NCBI GenBank assembly: GCA_951406725.2
Contig: OX597820.1
Span: forward strand, 104,098,001-104,162,000
Origin: Octopus vulgaris
Taxonomy: Eukaryota
Length of the DNA: 64,000 bases
Direction of reading: 5' to 3'
The notes under the pieces were generated by a model. The model was not told the origin of the DNA and searched no databases. It saw only the letters and a list, made by a program, of their open reading frames with translations. Below are positions 53,300-64,000 of the stretch, one piece after another; positions within the stretch are counted from its first letter, which is position 1; every line of letters starts with the position of its first letter. The position numbers and the translations under genes are program-made.

Positions 53300-55070
53300 C
53301 ACGGTCATAATGATAGTGCATGCATATACAGCTGCGTGCGTGCGTGCGCACCTACACGCGAGTACTGTCCAAATCCCCGACCAATCACATACAGCTAGCT
53401 GGCATTCAATTGGCGTATCAAGTTTTGGGCATTTTGATTGGGTTTTGGATAGAAAATTCACAAAAAAGTCACTTCTATTGATTTTTTAATGACTTTGCAG
53501 GGTGACTGGAAATATAAAGATGTGCACGACCACCCTTGGACAGTTTTGAATGACCATAGAAAGTGCGAGCTCTCTAACTGAAAAATTGTGGATTTGTATA
53601 AAGGACACGCACACAGACATTTTGCCGTTTATATATAGAGAGATAACTGAGAAATATGGACGTTCAAGAAATTGTGTGAGATCCATTCATAAAGCAATTT
53701 GTCCATTATTTCCAACTAATACAACCCTATGTGCAGTCAATCAACCTACTAGAATCCTGGAATCTCACTCTTCTATTTCAAAATGGAAAACACATTGGAT
53801 AATACTCTCCTAGGTATATATCTTAAAAGAAAAAAGGTGGGATTGTCATGGTTAAAACACTTTTTGATCATAGATCTGCTTAATGTTAGTAATGCCCTGT
53901 GTTAAACAAGAACTCCAGCTCTTATCCAAGTTTACCAGCAATGTCATTCAGGCTGGCAAATTGGGTAGTGAGCAGGCAGAAGGTAATCTCTTATTATAAA
54001 AGGCAGATTTTATCTGCCTCCCTTTGTCTCTTATAGAAATCTACAATATAGGATTTCTTCAATTACAATTTACCTAGCATTTTTAAGAGTAGAATAAATC
54101 GGGTCGTGCCAGGTCCAGTTTTTAAAATTTCAACCCCAATTAAGCAAAATTTAGAGAAAACTCACATTGTGGTGTGTAAGTCAAGTGCTTTTCTTAGTGT
54201 GGGCTACAGCACACACACACACACACACAAAAACGGAGCGATCTGCTTCACTCACGCTATCACCCTAATTTCTACTCCTTTCTCTTTGCAAGTGTGCAAC
54301 GATTAAAGTGAAACTATTTCTATAAAACGAGAGAAGTTTACCTTAAACCACTACTCAAAAAAAAAAAAAACAGCAAACAGAAACAAATAAATACATAACG
54401 ATTTACTCCTCACACAATTTCTTCAATTACAGTTTACCTATGATTTTTACAAGTACTTCCATTCGGTCATGCCATACAAAATTTCTTTCAATTTCACCCC
54501 CAATTAAGACAAAATTCGAGAAAACTCAATATTTAAACATTTCACTCCGAAAGCATTGATGTACATGTGTGCGTGCGTGAGTGTGTGTGTGTGTGTGTGT
54601 TTGATGGGATGTGCGACACAGAAAGTGTGGTGTGTAAGTGAAGTGCTTTTGTTAGTGTGTGTAAAGAGACAGAGAGAGTAATGTTGTGCTGTGTACCTAA
54701 AGCACGCGCACACACACACACAAGCGGAGCGCGAACTTCAAAAGAACTTTGCGCGCTATCTATCTGGTTTGCCATACCTCACGCATACACATACATATAT
54801 GACAGTGACAAACACAAACGTTTCAAACAACTACATACACTCAAACACACACACACGTGTGTGTTTGTTATTAGTAAAAAAGGCGCCAAACACAACTCAC
54901 TTCTCATTCGAACACATTTGCAAAAACACACCGACGGTCGGATTGCCATAACAATACAGAAAAGGTAAATTGGTTTTTAATTTACTTTCTGTCGTTAAAT
55001 TTTGGTAGTATTAATTGGCGAGCGTACTTCTGTTGTCAATTGTTGACAGAAAGAAATTGTAAGCTAAGAA
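53300..55070. mobile_element. Two divergent Helitron-like 5' portions (minus-strand head at 53643, plus-strand head at 53987)
   Basis: A|TC-initiated heads tctctctatatataaacggcaaaatgtctgtgtg and tctcttattataaaaggcagattttatctg; internal diverged repeat 54050-54165 vs 54415-54540. Confidence 0.55.
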
Positions 55071-55095
55071 GGTGTGTGTGTGTGCATGTGTGCAT

Positions 55096-55131
<36 letters not shown>

Positions 55132-55235
55132 GAAGTGAAGGATAAAAATATTGCAAGAAGTGGACAGATGTACATATATACATCCATACATACATGTGTG
55201 TGTGTGTCTGTATGTGTATTAATGTGTGTGTGTTA

Positions 55236-55593
55236 TCTCTATATAAAGCTGAAGTTGTCTGTGTGCGCCACGTTTGGTAACCTTCAACTAACACTATCTC
55301 CTCTGAGACCCTGCGGTGCAAGTTGACCAAAATTGAGAGTATGATAGAAGAAGGGTTGCTCTTCCTTCCGTAGAACATAAAATTCAAATCGGACCATGTT
55401 AACACCAAAAATTATTCACATCAAAAAGCTGCTTTTTTCTATGAAAATCCCGATTTTTTACGATTTTTTCACTGTTGTGTCGCCACTTTTCGGTATATTT
55501 CGACCAGAAAAATGTTCACAAAATTTTTACTTTTCAAAATTACAATTCCAGCGGGTCGAAACAAACCCGAGCAACGCCGGGCGATACTGCTAG
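55236..55593 (+). mobile_element. Non-autonomous Helitron with the same 3' end as 23559-23858
   Basis: A|TCTCTATATAAAGCTGAAGTTG ... ACAAACCCGAGCAACGCCGGGCGATACTGCTAG|T. Confidence 0.8.
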
Positions 55594-56707
55594 TGTAAAA
55601 TATTTAAATCTTTCTTTTATCTTTCACTTGTTTCTGTCATTTGACTGTGGCCATGCTGAAGCACTGCCTTAAAGGGTTTCATTGAACAAATCAATCTCAG
55701 TACTTATTTTTAAGACTGGTACTCGTTCCATCAACTTCTTTTGTTGAACTCCAAAGTTTCAGGGATATAAACAAACCAACACAAGTTAGCAATGGTGGTG
55801 GGGACAAACACAGACACATACATATATACAACAGGCTTCCACACAGTTTCTGTCTTCTAAATTCACTCACAAGGTGTTGGTCGGCCCAGGGCTATAGTGG
55901 AAGACATTTACCTAGGGAACCACTAAGGTAATTTTTTCTTTTTCTTTTTTTTTTGAAATGGAATCTTCCATGCCTGAGTTACCTCATTAGTAAAATTGAT
56001 AATGAGAAAATAAAATGCTATATTTATCTCTATTGTTTGTAGTTTTTCTTTTTCTTATGTGACAGCTAATTGATGTAAATTTGAAATAAACTACTCAACA
56101 CAGTTAACAAGACTTGATGGGATAGCTTCACTGTCCCTGTTTGATTCCTATCTGAATCCGTTAATGAAAGTGGCAGCTGGCCAAATTGATAAGGTGCCAG
56201 CCTACTGATTGAACATTAGGTTGATGGTGTTTGCATCACTTCACTGTATTTCTGACAAAGATGTTTAACTGCAATAGATATTAACTGATGAAATACAGGT
56301 CTGTATTGTAGATAGTAGTCCCTCTCTCTCTCTTTCTCTTCATTTTGGCAGTAGTAAACTTACCTCCTCATGATGCCTATGAGGCATTTGAAAGGTAAAT
56401 AGCAGAAAAAATTCAACAAAACCCTTATTTGTGAGTTAGATATTTTTGTGTGGTACTGGCAAAGAATAGAATGTGGAACAGTGACTGCCTGTTTGGTCAA
56501 TACTGTAACTCATTTTATTTCACTTCATAACACAAAAGCTTTATATATATATATATATATATATATTTAGTTAGAGGAGAGAAAGGTCAACACCTATGAA
56601 AGTTAGTGGCTTTGTAGGACCTCTAAGATTTGTAAGAGGGGAGGAGGAAGTTATTTTCAGTCTGGAGACTGTGGCTCAACTACTTGCAGCAGAGTGGACT
56701 TTTTTAA

Positions 56708-56929
56708 CCCTTCAGCATTTAAACTGACCATGTCCAGCCCAGGCTTTCTACCTGTTTTTTTTTTTATGTTTAAACCAGCCAGATCCAGCCTTTCACACCT
56801 ACCCTATAATGTCATTCTAAAAATAAACAATTGCATCATTGAAATCTCAGAGCTATGAGATAATGCATGATTAATTTGAAACAGTGTGCATAAATAGGCC
56901 TTGCATTTAACCTGCTGAATGCTAAAGGG
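56708..56929. mobile_element. piggyBac-type MITE (second family)
   Basis: TTAA|cccttcagcatt ... aatgctaaaggg|TTAA. Confidence 0.8.
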
Positions 56930-58134
56930 TTAAAGACACTTTAGGATCAGGTAGTGGTGTTAAACTGGATTATGTGAAAAGGAGTGGTTCTTTCAGTGGC
57001 TTTCAGACATTTGCCATCTACCAAATTTCAGTTAGATCTTGGTTAACCCAAAACTGGGGCAGAACAAACTTTGCCCAAAGTGTTGTGCAGTGGAATTGAA
57101 CCCAAAGCCATGCAATTTCAAAACAAACTTGTTAATCATACAGCCTTAACTGTGACCAGTGTAGATGATTTATCATCACCATCATCATCTTAACATCCAT
57201 TTTTCTGCTCTTGCTTGAGGCAGGTTTTTCTACAACCAGATGCCCTTCTTGTTGCCAACACTCTCCTGTTTCCAAGCAAGGTGATGTTTCTCCCATGGTC
57301 AGACATGTTTACTTGGAATATTGCAATTGAGTCACAGCACTTGTGTGATGGTGATGCTCATTTTCATCTATCACAAAATATCATGACAAGGTGACACAAG
57401 CATGTACACACATACACACACACACATACAATCAGTGGGATTCTTTCAGTTTCCATCTGCCATATCTACCCACAAGCTTTGGTCAGTCCAAATCTAAAGT
57501 AGAAGACACTTGCCCAAGGTGCCACTCAATGGAAGTGAACCCAAAGCCAAGTAAACATCTTAATCATGCAGCCATCTCACATTTCCCCATTTTTCTTTAT
57601 AAATATGGTGCTTTATGACTAAACCAATGAAATATCATTATTTAATGCTATCTTATTATGGTAATGAAAGTGGCAGCTAACCAAATTGATATAGTGCCAA
57701 GCTATTGGTAGAACAGTTTGTATTGCTTCACTATAACTCTGTAAAAGAGGATTAACTCTTGGCGATGCAATAAATCTCGCAGAAATGTCATAGTTTATGT
57801 TTGTCAATTGTTTTGACTCAGCCAGACACTCTTCAATTACAGTCTCACTTTAACCTCACATCCCTGTGGCATTTACAATTAAATTATCAAGATAGTTAAG
57901 TGTTTTTGTTAGGAACACATTGTGATGCTAGTGGGAGATAAATATAGAATATTGCTTCTCAATCACATGGTTTTGAAATAAGTCCCACTGCAAGGTTTCT
58001 TGGGCACGTCTCTTCTACTGTAGCCTCAAGCTGTGCAAACCCTTGTAAGTGAATTTGTTGACAGAAACTGAACAAAACCTGTTGAGTGCATTTATATATC
58101 TTTCTTTGTGCTTGTGTCTCCTTGTCATGACTGT

Positions 58135-58424
58135 CAGGGCTGTGGAATCAAAACAAAAAACTTCGACTCTGACTCTTCTACTATTGGCACCTTTGACTCT
58201 GACTCCTCTTTATGTAATCAACTGATTGTGATCTACATATCTCATAAAGCATATGCACACGCTTGTACTTTGTGTAGTCCTATTTGTTATAACTGGCTTA
58301 TATTAAAGAATAAAGATATTGTGAGTTGGAGTCAGTATAGTTTTACTGACTCCAACTCCAGCTACTCCTTAATCCCCTTAATTGTTTCCGACTTCGACTC
58401 CACAAATCCAAATCCACAGCCCTG
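58135..58424. mobile_element. MITE with CAGGGCTGTGGA TIRs and gactc(c/t) subterminal repeats
   Basis: cagggctgtgga / tccacagccctg with repeated gactct/gactcc units. Confidence 0.7.
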
Positions 58425-58984
58425 GTTGTAAGCAAGTGTCACAACATTCAAGCAGTATCTTTCATTTGCAATCTTCCATGTGAGCACATCCAGTTTGGGG
58501 AAATATCAACTTTCTTGGTGACAGGTATGGGTTGATGACAAGAAAGACATCCAACTATAAAACATCTGCTTCAAAGAATTCTCTCCGATTCATGCAAGCA
58601 TGGAAAAGTGGACAAAACCAATAATGATGGGGATGATGGTTCTTTGGTCAAGTGAATCAACACAAGTTTCCTACTTTAAAGTATGCATTTAATTGGAATA
58701 TTTGAGATGGGAGAGAGCTTTATCTGCACTAAACTCCAACAGCATATCATTTAATGATGCAGACCACACACCACATACAAATTCACAACATATTGTTGTG
58801 CATTTTTTATTTTTCTTGACACTTTTTTTTCCTTTCCAGTCTTTCTGTGATATTCTGAAAATTAAATTCTTCAACTCTGGTCCCTTGTACCTAGTGCCCT
58901 TTATGGATGCATATGGCTTCTTCTTTTCCAATGAATTTTTGTAGCACTTTGGATAATCTGAAAATCTCTTCTCAACTTATTTAA

Positions 58985-59810
58985 CCCATTAATGGATCAA
59001 TTATTTTGATATGGCTTTTCATTTCAGAGCATATTTTTTTTCTTCTTTTTTTAATTATACACACTGTGTTAATTACAAAAAAAGTGTTTTTATCTTGTTT
59101 CCTTTATTTTTTATTATAGAAATTAAAATGTACTTTTACTCATCTGGATTTAAATGAGTTAACTTGGACATGGAATAAAAATACATATAACTTAACTATC
59201 TTCGATTTTTTATAAGGAAAAGTTTTTAAAACTGAGATAGACAGTTTATTTAGAATGATAATTTTTAAAGCAAGGAGTTACACGCAAAGTTATCTTGCAG
59301 ACATCACACATGTATCTGCATTCTCTTCAATCTTCTTTCCTTTAGTGTCTCTCTTCTCTGCACATTTTGCACACTGTCTTGTAGGGGTCTTCTTCTTATC
59401 ACTTGGTGGTATTTCCATGGGAAAGTGACCAGCTGGGGCAAATCTTGTTGGATGTGGGATCGATGATGGTCTTCTTGGTTTTGTGGGAGGCAATAAGGGC
59501 CTATATTTTTCAGTAATCTTGGTGATTATTTGCATTCTAAATTTCAGCAGTTTCATAGCAGAAGCTGAAGTTTCCAAAGATGCTTTATACAAAACACAAG
59601 CATTCCAGATAGCTAAATCCATCAAATGAAAAAATACTTTTTTTTTTTAAACAACACAAGTAAATTCGTGATTGCTCAAAAATGAAATGACACAAAACAA
59701 ATAAACTTGTTTGAGTGCTAAAATTAAAAGTTAATTAAAAGTATACTTGTCTGGTTCTAAAAAGATACATTTATGATGCACGAGTAAACTCGGGATAATC
59801 CTTTAAGGGG
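58985..59810 (-). mobile_element. Internally deleted piggyBac with transposase C-terminal remnant
   Basis: TTAA|cccattaatggat ... atcctttaagggg|TTAA. Minus strand reads FFHLMDLAIWNACVLY...LKFRMQI...HFP...RQCAKC, then a frameshifted Cys-rich domain. Confidence 0.85.
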
Positions 59811-59921
59811 TTAAAACCTCTTCAGTTTTTTTTTTTGCTGTTTTAGATTTTTTTTAAAATTTGCCTTTTATTATTATTTATTCAGTGATATTAAGGTTTC
59901 TTATTTACTGTTTTATTGCAG

Positions 59922-60029
59922 AGTTGTTGACATGTACCCCAACAGGGGAGTCATTGAAATCAGAAACCCAAAATCTGTTCCTGGGGATGTGCATCGGACA
60001 TTCACATTTGATTCTGTCTATGACTGGAC
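59922..60029 (+). CDS. KIF3B: KIF3B-like exon
   Basis: ttgcag| acceptor; VVDMYPNRGVIEIRNPKSVPGDVHRTFTFDSVYDW(T); ac|gtgagt donor; phases consistent. Confidence 0.93.
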
Positions 60030-61712
60030 GTGAGTAGTAATGATGTATTTAAATGTTTTATGAAATGTCTAATGTTTCTAGTGAGCATCGAGATAAGACT
60101 TGTTCATAATAAATTTATTAAGGAATTTAGGAGACCACCTCTTTTTATTCCAGACTTTGAAACATTTACACTGAAGCTCAGAACTGTATCCCTTTGGGAA
60201 TGTTTGTATTACCAATAGCTTAGTTCTCATTGCAGAATTTAATTCTACTTCTAACTTAACTGTACAAACATTTAATCATGGTAACATGGAGGTAGTCTTA
60301 TCATCATTCTAAGTATTTATTTCACTTGACTAGACACAAGGTAAATTTTTGTAGGGTAAGAAAATTAGTTTGTTAAATTGTTGATAAAAAAAAAATATGA
60401 CTGGTATTTATTTTATGAACCTTTCATATAGTAAAGTCAATACCAGTAAGATTTTAACTCTGGTCTTACAAGTGTAAACCTGAAGTGTGAAAGACATTTT
60501 GTCTGCCATCTCTGTATTCACTCTATATTCTTTTCAAATATTATAAAAAGTTATTGATAATAAATCTGTGGTAAATGTGATATCATGGAAAATAGCTTAG
60601 CTAAGATCTTGTTACAATCTGAGCATTGTGTTCCTCTGTGTTAAAAGTATTGTGAAGAGTTATTAAACTAACGTGTAAATTATATTATACTTGCATTGAT
60701 ATTTAGGTGCTTTTATCTTTAGTTATCAACCACACTAATAATTACTTTTAACCATTTTAATGCCCAAGACTACTCTTACTAAAGTGTTCATATTTTAATA
60801 AAAATTTTATTAGAACATAATATCATAAGATTTCAGTTGGTGAACACCTGTACAATATCTCAAAACAGAAAACCCTTCCAATATCTTGATTATGTTGAAA
60901 ATTAATTCAAACATAAGCAGTATAATCATTAGAAATATAATCACAGAAGAGTTAATAATATAGACTTTCTCTAACAGTAAAGACAGATGAAGACAGTAGG
61001 TTCATGTAAGTTGATCTGATCAGCATTGCTCTATGACAATACCATTTAATAGTCTGATATTTGTCAGCTGAAGAGGGAAACTATATGTGGTTGCTTAACC
61101 CTATTGATATCAACTTACCTAGGATCACTCTTAGTTTAAGATACAAACTTCATACTTTAAGGAAATCCAAATTAAAACCTTCCATCAAAATTTCATGTCA
61201 ATTTTTTTTATTCCAAGCACCAGCTTAATGGTGGAGGTTATTTGCTAAATTCTTCATTATTTTTCAAAATTAATTGAAACAAATGCAGTACATTTCAAAG
61301 AAATGTGGTAACAAAAGGATTAATTTGCTTAAAATAGTGAACAAATTTCCCTCAAATTACACTTTATTATCTTTGAAAAGAAAGGGACACATCACATAAA
61401 GAAGTTGTATGCACTAATTGATAAAAAGCAGGATTATCACAACTGAAAGATTTTTGATCATAGGTCTGCTCAATCAGGATTGGTCAGGGGTTAAACAGCA
61501 AGCTGATATTTTTCCTTTTAACAATTTGATGAAACTAGAGGAATATTAAATGATGTTGATTGAGAAAACAGACTACCAAGGTCAAATAGGTTGAAATATG
61601 TAATTTTAGAATGACTGATATAGAATGCTATATTTTCATAATACACAGGAATGGCAATGATAAGTTATCGAAATATGCATGACTTAGTTTATTTCATTGG
61701 TTCTATTTTCAG

Positions 61713-61837
61713 TTCTAAGCAACGGGATCTTTATGAGGAAACATTTCGTCCTCTTGTACAATCTGTACTTGAAGGTTTTAATGGAACAATATTTGCTTAC
61801 GGTCAAACTGGCACTGGAAAGACATTTACTATGCAAG
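61713..61837 (+). CDS. KIF3B: KIF3B-like P-loop exon
   Basis: [41 protein letters not shown](G), containing the kinesin P-loop GQTGTGKT; canonical splice sites. Confidence 0.96.
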
Positions 61838-63756
61838 GTATGGCCATTGAAAATTTTATATATTTATGAGGCTCTTTGTACTTTTGTGTGTGTATGTGCT
61901 ATTAGTTAATCAGAGAGGTAGTACCCGAAGATATTTGCAGGCCTTTCTAAGCCAATATGGTACGATCAATATGGCGCTGAAAGTCAGTTTGAAAATTTGT
62001 AGGTCAGCATCTGAAGTTGTTAAGGAGAGAACTTCCAGAGTGTGCAGTTCTGGAATAAAAGAGGACTGAAGTATTTAGTACAATGTTTATGAGGAGAGAC
62101 AATGTGTTGGATGAAAGGCAAAGTCGACCTCTGCGGAATTTGAACTCAGAACGCAGCGGCGGATGAAATACCTATTTCTTTACTACCCACAAGGGGCTAA
62201 ACAAAGAGGGGAATGTGAGGTACAAGACCGTTTCTTTATGTGTATTATTTTTGCACTGCTTTTGCAGATTCCCATGACTGTCTGTCGGCATCCAATTCCA
62301 TTATTACGAATTTGAATTGGGAGCTTGAGTCATAGTGAATCTTTCATTAGCTGATTACACAACTATGGACACCACCGCTATGCATGCATTGCAATTACTC
62401 TCTTGATAGAGCTTGATGATCCTGACCGTTGATCCTGCTCAGCATCAATGTAGAAAGCACCATTGGCTCAGTTGAGCTCTTCCACTACCTCTTCACTATC
62501 CACCATGTTGTAGTCCTGTGACTTCACCTTATCTTTGGTAGGGTGGCTGAACAGGTGCTATGCTTTGTCAAAGGGCAGTCCGTAACTATGCAAGGCACGA
62601 TCATCACTCCATGAAGTATTTTCGATATACACACATTCCATATGTGTGATGATTGAGTCTTTTTCTGGTAAAAAAGACATGCTATATTGGTTCCGTGACA
62701 GTGCAGATAATTCAGAATGACCAGTGAGTCAACTTTTGTGTTGACAAGAAGACTTGTCTTCATTGAAGTCATTAAGTATGGTAATAATAATAAGATTATT
62801 GTATGTTGTGCTTTGGTGCTCTGCAGCTCATTTGGAAAGGTTAAAAGAGAGGACAGAAAGCAGCCATAAGTAAAGAAAGGCAATAATGATAGCCAAAAGA
62901 TATGTACAGAATAAAACATAAAAAGACAGGAAGGTGAATAGTGCAATTATTGTATAGTTATGGGTGCATAGTAATGTCTGGTAGAAAAGACCAAATATGT
63001 ACCAAGGGGAATAACCATTGGAGTAATGTCCTCAGAGCAGGGCAAGTGGTAACTGAGCAAAGCTAGAAATTTAGAGCCAGAATAACTAAAAGGTGTTGCT
63101 GATATCTAAATGGGGAAATAGGTGTAAATTTTGCATATTCTCAGTCTCGACCTTTCACAGCAATATTTGTAATATAGAATGTTGTCTGGACATCAACAAT
63201 TGACTAAAGATATATGAGAGATTTTGTGATTTATAGATTAAGATTGTGGTGTGCATGATAATAGGTGAGAGGCAGAATCCAGGTTTAATTGAAGTTCAGT
63301 GTGTAGAAGAGCAGGAATTTTTTAGCAAATAGATCTTTCTTGGTATTTAACGTTTGTATATCTTAAATTTTGATTGAGAAAGAAAAAAAATACCATGATA
63401 CGTGTTGTTGCTAATAATTTCTACATTGATCCCAGTAAGTGGTTGTTAGTAGCCCGTAGAAGAGCTTCTTGAAACTCTATATTTGCTGGAGCATTGGTCA
63501 TGAACTTGGGAAAAGAGGATATGGAATTAGGCATCTGCTAATAAAGTTAGCAAGGAAAGGGATTGTTGGGTCACTTCTATAGATTTTGTGTTCATGTACT
63601 GGAGTCAGCCTAAGTTAATATATTGAGTTCATAATAAGTGTTTAATTACTTTAAATTTCTGGAACACTAAAAAATAACTAAGTGTTACAAGTATTTCAGA
63701 TGTATATACATATGAGAATTTTAAAAGGTTGATTAAATTGAATTTTCTTTTTTCAG

Positions 63757-63881
63757 GTGTTAAAAACGACCCAGATATGCGTGGTGTTATTCCAAATTCT
63801 TTTGAGCATATTTTTCAACACATTTCACGTTCTGAAAACCAACAGTATTTAGTGAGAGCTTCATATCTCGAAATATATCAG
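63757..63881 (+). CDS. KIF3B: KIF3B-like exon (gene continues beyond the window)
   Basis: [41 protein letters not shown]. The [20 protein letters not shown] segment matches KIF3B/KRP95 rather than KIF3A. Confidence 0.95.
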
Positions 63882-64000
63882 GTTTGATTCATGTTTCTTC
63901 ATCTTTCTGATTAAAATAATGGAAAGCTTTAGCTGTATCTTCCTTCTTTGAGTTTCTATCAATACTCATTTGTAAATCTAGTTACCTTAGACTTGCTTTT

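Overview
AT-rich, microsatellite- and transposon-dense eukaryotic DNA. The SINE families, (TTAGGG) repeats and gene structure suggest a cephalopod such as Octopus (inference). Two multi-exon genes lie on the + strand. The first is the 3' end of an adenosine deaminase 2 / ADGF (CECR1-like) gene, with exons 1353-1510, 3727-3929, 14658-14811 and a probable last exon 16039-16080 that adds an unusual C-terminal tail. The second is the 5' part of a kinesin-2 motor gene, KIF3B/KRP95-like, with its ATG at 37355 and exons 42521-42600, 59922-60029, 61713-61837 and 63757-63881. The introns and intergenic DNA hold a young Tx1/L1-like LINE sitting in (GATA)n, RTE fragments, hAT, mariner and piggyBac remnants, Helitrons, several SINE families and many MITEs or foldbacks. 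Most notable are: long hairpins whose centres abut hammerhead-ribozyme-like motifs (probably Penelope-like LTR remnants); a telomere-repeat-bearing MITE family with a self-inserted, rearranged copy and a copy with a 20-bp flanking duplication; and a change from CpG-retaining to CpG-depleted DNA near 29.6 kb. Nearly all short ORFs in the track are repeat artefacts. Coordinates were read by eye.
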